DNA from: Bacteroidota bacterium
Lineage (GTDB): Bacteria > Bacteroidota > Bacteroidia > M30B66
Reading direction: 5' to 3'
Length of the DNA stretch: 64,000 bases
NCBI GenBank assembly: GCA_027483445.1
Contig: JAIXUS010000038.1
Coordinates: 83,931-147,930 of the forward strand
This document shows positions 1 to 8,469 of this stretch, in pieces (position 1 is the stretch's first letter; each line of letters starts with the position of its first letter). The translations under genes were made by a program, and so were the position numbers. Under the pieces are notes generated by a model. The model made no database searches. It was given only the letters and a program-made list of their open reading frames with translations, and was not told the DNA's origin.

Positions 1-2
1 CC

Positions 3-2210
3 GATCCATTAATTACCGAAACACAAATATCCAATTCGGTTTATGCCATTGTGGAGGATCGTTATGGTAAACTTTGGGTGGGGACGCTGGGGGGCGGAAT
101 GATGGAATTTGATCGAAGGAAAAAAACATTCACTACATACAAAAATCAAATTTCCGACAGCACATCTATAAGTCACAATAGCGTTGTAACCTTTTGTGAA
201 GACCGTTTCGGATTTTTTTGGGTAGGTACTTATGGGGGAGGATTAAATCGATTTGATCGAAAAACCGGGAAGTTCATCAATTACACGACAGAAAAGGGAT
301 TACCAGATAATTTAATCAGTGCAATTGTGGATGACCAAAATGGCAACTTATGGATTTCTACACACAGCGGAATTACGCGATTTGACACAAAAACAAGAAA
401 TTTCCGAAACTACGACGTATTGGATGGCTTACAGAGTAACGAATTCAATATTGGTGCTGCACTGAGGCTTTCTAACGGGGAAATGCTCTTTGGAGGTATT
501 GCAGGTTTTAATTGGTTTTCTCCCGATAGCATTCAAGGAAATAACTTCATACCTCCAATTGTAATCAGCAGTTTTAAGGTTCTTGATCAAGAATTCCCAC
601 TCAGCGAATCTGTTCAGCTCAATTACAATCAAAATTATGTAACATTTGAGTTTTCTTCGTTGAGCTATGCCTTGTCAGATAAAAATAGGTTTGCCTATAA
701 ACTGGAAGGATTTGACGAGGACTGGATTTATTCTGGAAGCAGGCGTTTTGCGACCTATTCTAATTTAGAACCCGGAGAATACACTTTTTATGTAAAAGGT
801 TCGAACAGCGACGGGGTTTGGAATGAGAAGGGCGCAGCTTTAAAAATTACGATTCAACGTCCATTTTGGAAAACTTGGTGGTTTATTCTGGCCATAGTTC
901 TTTTTGTGCTTGGGTTTTTGTATCTCAGTTATCGCATGAGAATGAGAGTCATAAACCAGCAGAATTCGATGCTCGAAGAGAAAGTAAGAACCCGGACCGC
1001 CGACTTGGAGAAGGCACGTGCTGAAGCTGAATCAGCTCGAGAAGTTGCAGAGAAAGCCAGTCGCTCTAAATCGGGATTTCTGGCAAATATGAGTCACGAA
1101 ATCAGAACTCCGCTCAATGGAATTTTAGGTTTTACCGACTTATTGATTAAAAACAACCCGAATACCGACAACCTCAAGTATTTGGAGCTCATTCGCTCCT
1201 CGGGCGATACATTGCTCAGGTTGCTGAGTGATATTTTAGATTTGAATAAAATTGAACAGGGTAAACTAAACATTGAGAATATTCGATTCAATTTTGCACA
1301 AACGATTCGCGAAACCTTGCTGCCATACCAATATCGGAGTAATGAAAAAGGTTTGCAATTTTTAATGGATTTCGATAAGAGAATTCCAGAATCGATCTAC
1401 GGCGACCCAACGCGGATTAAGCAACTTGTTATAAATCTTGTTTCCAATTCGATAAAATTCACTGAAACCGGAGGAATATCTATTCGGTTTGAGTTAGAAA
1501 CTGAACCCAATGGCAAGTCAGATCTGATTACAATTGTTGGAAGCGTTACCGATACAGGCATCGGAGTACCGGAAGACAAGCAGAGTTTAATTTTCGACAG
1601 CTTTACGCAGGCGGATGGCTCCTTTACCCGAAAATATGGAGGTAGCGGGCTTGGGCTATCCATTGTAAAACAATTGCTTCGCTTAATGGGTGGAGAGATT
1701 GAGTTGGTGAGTCCCGCTGTTGACAAACCATTTCGTTCAAATACTCCCGGTGCTACATTCCGTTTCAGGTTTAAGGTGAAGCCGGCGGTGAGCGAAGAAG
1801 CGGCCAAATCAACGAATTCGGGTAGTGCTTCTACTGAATACCGATTTACTGAATCTTATACCGTGCTATTGGTAGAAGATAATAAAATTAACCAGTTGCT
1901 GGCGGTTACTGTTCTGGAAAATTTCGGCGTCAAAGTGGTTACTGCCGACGACGGTCAGCAGGGTGTAGAAAAGGCTAAAGCTGATGATTTTGATTTGATA
2001 TTAATGGATGTTCAAATGCCGGTTATGAATGGTTATGAAAGCACAGCAGCAATAAGGGCTTTAGGAATGAAGCTTCCAATTATTGGACTAACGGCAAATG
2101 TTTATAAGGAAGACATTGAAAAATGTTTAGAGTCGGGTATGAATGCGCATTTAGGAAAACCATTTACAGAGGCAAGTTTATTCGAAGAGCTGAAAAAGTG
2201 GTTGAATTGA
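3..2210 (+). CDS. Hybrid sensor histidine kinase/response regulator with periplasmic beta-propeller and Y_Y_Y domains; 5' end lies outside the window
   Basis: Frame is open from base 3. Contains LWVGT.GGG propeller repeats, a Y_Y_Y segment (FAYKLEGFDEDW...YSNLEPGEYTF), a TM helix (WWFILAIVLFVLGFLYL), an H-box (FLANMSHEIRTPLNG), HATPase motifs (DTGIG, GGSGLGL) and a C-terminal receiver (LLVEDN...LMDVQMP...KP). Confidence 0.93.
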   Translation, partial: DPLITETQISNSVYAIVEDRYGKLWVGTLGGGMMEFDRRKKTFTTYKNQISDSTSISHNSVVTFCEDRFGFFWVGTYGGGLNRFDRKTGKFINYTTEKGLPDNLISAIVDDQNGNLWISTHSGITRFDTKTRNFRNYDVLDGLQSNEFNIGAALRLSNGEMLFGGIAGFNWFSPDSIQGNNFIPPIVISSFKVLDQEFPLSESVQLNYNQNYVTFEFSSLSYALSDKNRFAYKLEGFDEDWIYSGSRRFATYSNLEPGEYTFYVKGSNSDGVWNEKGAALKITIQRPFWKTWWFILAIVLFVLGFLYLSYRMRMRVINQQNSMLEEKVRTRTADLEKARAEAESAREVAEKASRSKSGFLANMSHEIRTPLNGILGFTDLLIKNNPNTDNLKYLELIRSSGDTLLRLLSDILDLNKIEQGKLNIENIRFNFAQTIRETLLPYQYRSNEKGLQFLMDFDKRIPESIYGDPTRIKQLVINLVSNSIKFTETGGISIRFELETEPNGKSDLITIVGSVTDTGIGVPEDKQSLIFDSFTQADGSFTRKYGGSGLGLSIVKQLLRLMGGEIELVSPAVDKPFRSNTPGATFRFRFKVKPAVSEEAAKSTNSGSASTEYRFTESYTVLLVEDNKINQLLAVTVLENFGVKVVTADDGQQGVEKAKADDFDLILMDVQMPVMNGYESTAAIRALGMKLPIIGLTANVYKEDIEKCLESGMNAHLGKPFTEASLFEELKKWLN

Positions 2211-2550
2211 ACGGCTCAAATCCAATGCTTTCTTTGATTAAAATGATGCAGCTTTACGCGTTTACTATTAACCTCAATTGCGGCGAGTAAGCATCTATTT
2301 ATAAGAGGATTCGCTAGAAATGCTTATCTGAAATACGAGTTACCTGTTCATCTATGAAGGCTTACTGAAAATTCAAAAAGATTACGGCGATGCGAGGCGA
2401 CGAGGCAAAGCTGAGTAAAGAAAAGAGCTCAGATTGGGAAAGTTGCAATTAAAAACTTTTACCGGCCTGTTTTTGTGAATTTTAAATGAAAGTTGCGAGG
2501 ATTAACGAGGGCTTTCGAGCTTCGGATGTTTTTTGAGTATTGAGCAATAC

Positions 2551-2558
2551 TATATTTG
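2551..2558 (+). promoter_or_regulatory. Bacteroidota housekeeping promoter -7 element (TATATTTG)
   Basis: Exact TAnnTTTG match about 90 bp upstream of the GAF kinase start. Confidence 0.5.
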
Positions 2559-2648
2559 CCGCCCTTTCGTTAAAAATCCGGTAGAGCATAGTCGGAGAAA
2601 TCGAAAAGGGAATCTATATAAACAAAAAGGCTTAGTCCTGAACGCATT

Positions 2649-3869
2649 ATGTTAAACACCAGCTACACCAATCACTCATGGCCAATTGTTTCGGAGGAAG
2701 CCGAAATCAATCGACAAAGAGCCCTAAAACAGTATTCGATTTCTGACGCCGGCATGGAGATTTCTTTTGAAGAGATCGCTGAAATAGCAGCCGATTCATG
2801 CAAAGTTCCAGTGGTTACCATTTCAATGATAGATCATGATACACAGTGGATTTTAGCTGCACATGGAACTGATATTCGAAAACTACCAAGGCATCAGTCG
2901 CTTTGCGCACTCACCTTAGGCAGCCCCTTCAAATCAATAGTAATTGCCGATTTAAAGACAGATGAGCGTTTGAGAAATCATCATTTGGCAGCTCAGGAAG
3001 GTGGGTATCGTTTTTTCGCAGGTTTTCCCATTACATCCCACGAAGGTTATTCTATTGGAGCACTCAGCGTTTTCGATTATCAATCCAGAGAACTTGATAA
3101 AACTCAACTCCGGATGCTGAAAATGTTGGCCAATCAGGTAATGAATACGATTGAGCTTACCAGTAAGGTTTATCAATTGGAGAAAACTCAGCAAAAGTTA
3201 GAAGTTGCTAATCACGACTTGGCTCGGTTTGCCCATGTAGTAGCCCATGATATTCGGTCACCCTTGAAGAATATCTATTCCTTAGCACAATTGCTCGAAA
3301 AAGACGAAGACTTAAGTGAGGACTCACAGAAGATGATCGATTTCATTCAGCATTCAGCAAAGGAACTAGAACATTTAGTGGAAGGAATACTGGAATATTC
3401 TTTGGCCGGTAAAAATGGAGTAAACAAGCAATTGGTAAATCTTGAAGCCATTGTAGACAATGTAATTGAATTGCTACAACCCACTCCTGAAGTTCACATC
3501 AATCTTCAGCATAAAGCAGGAAAAGTAGTAAGTGACGCTACACTGTTAAGACAAATTCTTCTGAATTTAGTTACCAATGCCATTCGCTACAATAATAAGC
3601 AAAACACTCAGATTGAGATAAGAACAGAATTGAACGGTAACCATTGGCTTTTATTGGTTAGCGACAATGGCCCCGGTATTGAAGATCATCTCAAAAAACA
3701 AATTTTTGAGCCCTATAAGGTATTAACCGAAAGTGATCGGTTCGGAAAAAGGGGGAGTGGAATTGGGCTGGCAACTGTGAAGAGCCTTACCGAAAAGCTT
3801 GGGGGTAAAATTACCGTTGAAAGTACTCTTGGTGCAGGATCGACTTTTGTGCTCAACTTTCCTGCTTAA
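2649..3869 (+). CDS. Cytoplasmic GAF-domain sensor histidine kinase
   Basis: GAF domain (DLKTDERLRNH...YRFFAGFPI...IGALSVFD), H-box VAHDIRSPL, N-box NLVTNAIRY, DNGPGI and GSGIGL. No TM helix. Confidence 0.92.
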   Translation: MLNTSYTNHSWPIVSEEAEINRQRALKQYSISDAGMEISFEEIAEIAADSCKVPVVTISMIDHDTQWILAAHGTDIRKLPRHQSLCALTLGSPFKSIVIADLKTDERLRNHHLAAQEGGYRFFAGFPITSHEGYSIGALSVFDYQSRELDKTQLRMLKMLANQVMNTIELTSKVYQLEKTQQKLEVANHDLARFAHVVAHDIRSPLKNIYSLAQLLEKDEDLSEDSQKMIDFIQHSAKELEHLVEGILEYSLAGKNGVNKQLVNLEAIVDNVIELLQPTPEVHINLQHKAGKVVSDATLLRQILLNLVTNAIRYNNKQNTQIEIRTELNGNHWLLLVSDNGPGIEDHLKKQIFEPYKVLTESDRFGKRGSGIGLATVKSLTEKLGGKITVESTLGAGSTFVLNFPA

Positions 3870-3954
3870 TGTTCCAAGATTAAAATTTCGGCTAGGTTAA
3901 ATGCTTGCATTCAGAATAGAAATTTCGATGTTTGCATTGGCGTTTAACACCCAT

Positions 3955-4026
3955 GGCACCGTAGTTCAATGGATAGAATAGGCGTTTCCTAAACGCTTGA
4001 TGCAGGTTCGATTCCTGCCGGAGCCA
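3955..4026 (+). tRNA. tRNA-Arg (anticodon CCT)
   Basis: Cloverleaf: GGCACCG acceptor arm, D arm TAGTTCAATGGATAGAAT, anticodon arm GGCGT-TTCCTAA-ACGCT (CCT at 3988-3990) and T arm GCAGG-TTCGATT-CCTGC. One A:A mismatch in the acceptor stem; CCA is not encoded. Confidence 0.93.
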
Positions 4027-4044
4027 CTACAATAATGCAAAGAA

Positions 4045-4081
4045 AAAGCGTGAACAGATTGCTTAATCGAGTTCACGCTTT
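4045..4081. terminator. Probable bidirectional intrinsic terminator
   Basis: AAAGCGTGAAC...GTTCACGCTTT inverted repeat with A- and T-rich flanks, between the convergent tRNA and lipoprotein genes. Confidence 0.7.
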
Positions 4082-4094
4082 CTTGCTTTTTGCC

Positions 4095-4292
4095 TTAATT
4101 CAATTCGCAGGATCCTCCTAGAAGGGCTGCGCCGGCGCTCGCAGCATCACATGAATCCTGAGCTTCCGATTTTTTCACATCGGTAAAGGTTTGACTTACA
4201 GTTTGTCCCAAAATGGTGCACTCACAGGTAAAGTCTTTTTTACAAGCGGCAAACAATGCCACAATTGCAAGCAGAGAGAAGAGTTTTTTCAT
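4095..4292 (-). CDS. Small Cys-containing lipoprotein (65 aa)
   Basis: MKK plus hydrophobic signal, lipobox FAAC, then KKDFTCECT and two more Cys. Confidence 0.85.
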   Translation of the reverse strand: MKKLFSLLAIVALFAACKKDFTCECTILGQTVSQTFTDVKKSEAQDSCDAASAGAALLGGSCELN

Positions 4293-4449
4293 ACAATGAA
4301 TTTATGGAGTAAAGAAAGTGAATTTTGCTTTTTGTTCGTAGCTATTCTAAAAAAGTCGATAACGGTATTTCATGGGAAGCAGTTCAGACAAAATCCGTCA
4401 ATGAAGAAAGAATTGAAAAATCGATCCAATTTCAGGGTAAACGAAAATA

Positions 4450-4573
4450 TGCGCCACCGACTGAAGCCGATAGCTCTCGTGAGCTTTGCGAAACGAGACT
4501 TAAGGCGAAAGGCGGGATGCCTGAAAACGAAACCCGGATAATACGATAAACTTCGAACAGGCAGGCGCCCAAA
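4450..4573 (+). ncRNA. Structured dispersed repeat, Flavo-1-like RNA motif, copy 1
   Basis: Shares the blocks GCGCCACCGAYTGAAGCCG, AAGGCGAAARGCGGGATGCC and GGCAGGCGCCCAAA with 19187-19332. The variable internal stems pair (TCTCGT/ACGAGA, TGCCTG/CAGGCA). The family name is from recall only. Confidence 0.6.
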
Positions 4574-4638
4574 AGATTTACTAATGTAAAAATCGCCAGC
4601 GGCCTACTGTAATTATGTTGTGAATTGGTGACTTGAAA

Positions 4639-5124
4639 TCAAAAACTTTCGTCCTGAATACTGCCATTTACAACAACCAGAGAATCGGTTGGTGAATAGT
4701 AAGCTACACCGCTAAATGTGGCTGTGTAATAGGTAAAACTGCCGTCGTTTCTCGACTGATTGATGACTACCTGCCCTCTGGACTTGGGTTGAATCAATCC
4801 GCCCATATAGTAATCGAGGCCAGCAATTTTGAAAGCAATTTGATTAGAAAGTGTTGAATCGATTTGATACGTTCCAGGGCCATTAAAATTAGAAATGCTT
4901 CCTGTTGCACCGTTATCACCATTAAAATCGCCTCTCATGAGAAGGAGATTCGGATTTGAAATGCTATTTACATAACAACCTACGTTCTTGTCAAAATTAT
5001 ATTCTGCACCATTGGCCGTAAATTTGAAAAATCCCGGAACATCTTCTTCTTCGCGATTGCAAGCCACAAAAGTGAGGATAGAAATAGTTATAAAAATGAC
5101 ATTAAGCAATTGACGTAAGCTCAT
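4639..5124 (-). CDS. Hypothetical lipoprotein
   Basis: ATG at 5124, signal peptide ending in lipobox FVAC followed by acidic NREEED, and a beta-rich mature part. Confidence 0.8.
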   Translation of the reverse strand: MSLRQLLNVIFITISILTFVACNREEEDVPGFFKFTANGAEYNFDKNVGCYVNSISNPNLLLMRGDFNGDNGATGSISNFNGPGTYQIDSTLSNQIAFKIAGLDYYMGGLIQPKSRGQVVINQSRNDGSFTYYTATFSGVAYYSPTDSLVVVNGSIQDESF

Positions 5125-5461
5125 AGGGTGCAAACTGAATCAGTTTGCGAGTTTACGAAAAAACACAACAATCTGAGAATGATATGGATATTTTCCAAAA
5201 CTACGGGGATGCACCATTCCAGAGTGGCGATGAAGACAGCGCCTACAGTAAGTAACTTACTCAGCTTACTGTAAACACTTTAGGTGAAACTACTATCCAA
5301 TTAGCTGGTGTAATTTCAGGCGTATTCATGAAACCGGTGCATGTTTGTTTACCCATTGTTCAGCAATTCGTGACGCAGGTGCATGGCGTTAGCCTCACTG
5401 CATTGCACTTATGAAATTTGCAACATTTTAACTGATCTTTCACAGTGTGAAATCGAAACGT

Positions 5462-7192
5462 TTAACGGATAATTATCCTCTGAAACATTCGTTGTGACTG
5501 GGTTTCTGCCTCCAGAATATAGGCTCCGGATAACAAGTGGTCGATCGATATTGGATGATTAACCTCGTAGGAAAAATGTGCCGCACAGCGACCTGAAGTA
5601 TCGTAAATGCGAATTTGCGCCGGGGTTTTGAGTCCTGAAATATGAATCAAACCTTGAGAAGGATTGGGGAAAAGCTTAAAGTTATCGGGCTCAGGTGTAG
5701 GAACTACAGTCACTTCTGCGGGAATAAAGCGTGCAAAAAAAGCATCACGACCGGCGGCAGAAACGATGGTTGCTTCGGCAGGACCGGCGTTTAGTGCAAG
5801 GGTGCTATCGGTGACGCCCGCAATGAGATAATATGGGCCTTCGGTGCGACCAAAGCTTGCAAAATCGAGGGCTGGCGACCCTCGGGTGTATAACCTTTGA
5901 AACTCTCCGGAGTGATTTAAACTTAACACGAATAAATCGAAATTACCCACCGGATTTTGAGTAAGGTTACTTACTCCCGGGTCAAAATCGAGCGGAGCAT
6001 TAAAAAAACCACTAATAACCAGCTCATCCTGGGTGATTTGAGTGGAGAAAGTTTCCTCCGGACCACTCGATCCAAAAGCCTTTGCCCAGCCAAGATTACC
6101 TTGTAAATCCATCATTCCCAAAAAGATATCTTGCTGGCCATTGGACACAAATTGCAATGGGTTCGCAGACGTATCCATGTTGAGAATATCATTGAAATAC
6201 CCGGTAAACAGTAAAGAGTCGCTGTAAAGCTGAATTTCGGTTATTGATTTAAGCCCTGTTGGTCCATGGAAAACCCGGCTCCATAAATATTCGCCATCTG
6301 CATTGAGAGAAATTATTACGGGGTCGCGATTAGCCTCTACCCACACTGTATCATCACCCGGATTTAAGTCGATGGTTTGATGGATAAATCCACCGACATA
6401 CACATTATCATTATTATCCACCTCGACAGTTTGTAATTTGCAGGAAGCAATTGAGGTTGGGGCCCATTTTCTATACCATAACAAAGAATCTTCGTTATTT
6501 AATTTCACAAGTAGCATTTCGGTGAGGCCCCCTGGGCCATCTTGTGTGCTCACTTCAACTACTTCATCGCTGGGGTCAATATCCACATCACCGGCAATAT
6601 TCATTGCTACATAAGTTTCGTTTGAGGAAGCAATTACAATATTAGACGGTTTACAATCGGAACTTGCGCCTAATCCCCTAAAGTGCGCCGCGTTCATTAA
6701 ATCGCCATTTGAATTTAATCTCAGCAAAAAACCCTGATCACCCGGCGCATTATTATTGGAGGTCAATAGTGTTTCTCCAGGTCCGGGTTCTGCATCGAAT
6801 TGAAATTGGAAATAACCCGTTAAAATCAAATCGCCCTGAGATGAGAATGTGATGGTATTAAAGAAGCAAAAGTTTCCAAATGTATCAAAAGGCTTTACCC
6901 AAATAAGTTCGCCGTTTTCGGTTAAATGTAGGAGGGCAAATTGATTCCAAACCGCAAAGGAATTGGGATCTGCATTGAGAATAGCGGCCCCAGGCCCCGG
7001 GTCGAAATCGGTGTTGCCTTTAAAGGAAGCAATGGCATACCAACTGCCATCGGGTGCTTGGCTGATGCGGGATAGAGAAACGAACTGATCACTTTCAAAG
7101 TGACGAAACCATTCGGGCTGTGCCTGAAGGGCAATGTTAATTGCAAAAAAAATGAGTGATAAAACAACCTGCTTGGCTAAAGTTGCCTTCAT
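5462..7192 (-). CDS. T9SS type-A cargo with beta-propeller-like repeats (DFDPG/DIDPS/DLNPG)
   Basis: Signal peptide (ALQA|Q), repeated G.F....D.DPG and G.L.W.K motifs, and a C-terminal LFPNPSQG...IYDTSGR...GAYIL...RIIIR domain. Confidence 0.88.
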   Translation of the reverse strand: MKATLAKQVVLSLIFFAINIALQAQPEWFRHFESDQFVSLSRISQAPDGSWYAIASFKGNTDFDPGPGAAILNADPNSFAVWNQFALLHLTENGELIWVKPFDTFGNFCFFNTITFSSQGDLILTGYFQFQFDAEPGPGETLLTSNNNAPGDQGFLLRLNSNGDLMNAAHFRGLGASSDCKPSNIVIASSNETYVAMNIAGDVDIDPSDEVVEVSTQDGPGGLTEMLLVKLNNEDSLLWYRKWAPTSIASCKLQTVEVDNNDNVYVGGFIHQTIDLNPGDDTVWVEANRDPVIISLNADGEYLWSRVFHGPTGLKSITEIQLYSDSLLFTGYFNDILNMDTSANPLQFVSNGQQDIFLGMMDLQGNLGWAKAFGSSGPEETFSTQITQDELVISGFFNAPLDFDPGVSNLTQNPVGNFDLFVLSLNHSGEFQRLYTRGSPALDFASFGRTEGPYYLIAGVTDSTLALNAGPAEATIVSAAGRDAFFARFIPAEVTVVPTPEPDNFKLFPNPSQGLIHISGLKTPAQIRIYDTSGRCAAHFSYEVNHPISIDHLLSGAYILEAETQSQRMFQRIIIR

Positions 7193-7803
7193 GACTATGT
7201 AATTTTAGTATTCAACAAACTTACCCAACGAAAAAAATCGATGCTATACCGCAATGGGGGGAGCTGAGGTAGAAACATGAATACGCGGCGATGAATTTGA
7301 AGATAGGTCTTTCTGAAAAACACTCAATAGTATTATTTACAACACTTTAGCCCCTGTTTGGACGGGGCTTACTGCAAGGGTTTTTAGATCGGCTTTCTAA
7401 AAGCCATGCATTCCTGAATTCATGAAGTTCAATTTTTCGCTAGCCAGAAACGCCGCATTTGCTTCATTGCTCGCTGCTCGGATCTGCCACATTATCAGAT
7501 CTACTAGTAAGCCCTAAGTTAGAGGATAAGAATAATAGAGGCCTAGTGAAAAACATTCAATAACATTTTTCTCAAAGCATTAAACCCGGTTTGAATAGAA
7601 CTAGGGACCATGCACATTCATGGGCCATTTAAAATCCATATACTCCTGAAATTATACAGCTCAATAACTTGCTCGGCAAAGCCGTAGCATTTACTTCGTT
7701 GCTTGTGGCAAAAAGTATTATACCCAGCTTCGCTTTTTCACAGAGTAATTGTAGCTCTTCCGACTTTTTTCAATAAGCCTTAGGTAAGAGTTAGTTGATA
7801 AAG

Positions 7804-8469
7804 CTAAACACTTGACTTTAAGGCATTGTTCATGGTTATGCAAAACTTAACCAGCGATAAATGTCCTTTTAAACCCAATTTCAAAATAATATTCGAGCGG
7901 TGATTCTCAATAGTCTTCACGCTATTGTGCAATTGCTTGGCGATTTCAACAGAAGAAAATCCTTCAGCAATGAGGCTGAAAATTCGTTTTTCGGATTTGG
8001 TTAAATTGGTATATTTTTCTGTATAAGCCTGAATTTCCTGCTGAGTAAGCACCTGACCTGATTCAGCAGTTGATGAGTAGCTTTTGAGCAATTCGTTTCG
8101 TTTAAGCCGGACTGCGATAGCATTGGTTAAATCGCGAACGCTAAATGGTTTGGTAATGTAGTCGTCGGCGCCGAGACCCATACCTGCCCGAATGTCTTTA
8201 TGTTCGACCTTAGCGGTTAGAAAAATAAAGGGTATAGAGGCGTATTTTTCCATATTTCTGATTTGCTCCAACACCCAAAAGCCGTCTTTTCCTGGCATTT
8301 TAATATCACAAAGAATAAGGTCGGGCATTTCGTGTTGAATCAAAGCGACTCCAGACTCACCGGAGTCAGCGGTTACTATTGAATACCCTGAAATTTGGAG
8401 TATTTCGCTGATGTTTTCACGTAATTTTAACTCGTCTTCAATGATGGCTATTTTCTTCTGGTGTTTCAT
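7804..8469 (-). CDS. Response regulator, receiver plus LuxR/NarL-type HTH
   Basis: IAIIEDE, LILCDIKMP, FLTAK and YITKPF, then LTKSEKRIFSLIAEGFSSVEIAKQLHNSVKTIENHRSNI. Probable ATG at 8469 overlaps the end of the kinase gene. Confidence 0.92.
   Translation of the reverse strand: MKHQKKIAIIEDELKLRENISEILQISGYSIVTADSGESGVALIQHEMPDLILCDIKMPGKDGFWVLEQIRNMEKYASIPFIFLTAKVEHKDIRAGMGLGADDYITKPFSVRDLTNAIAVRLKRNELLKSYSSTAESGQVLTQQEIQAYTEKYTNLTKSEKRIFSLIAEGFSSVEIAKQLHNSVKTIENHRSNIILKLGLKGHLSLVKFCITMNNALKSSV

Noticed and set aside
4191..4549. ORFs 4191-4541 and 4325-4549
   Set aside because: They overlap the lipoprotein gene or repeat copy 1 and have no recognisable protein features.
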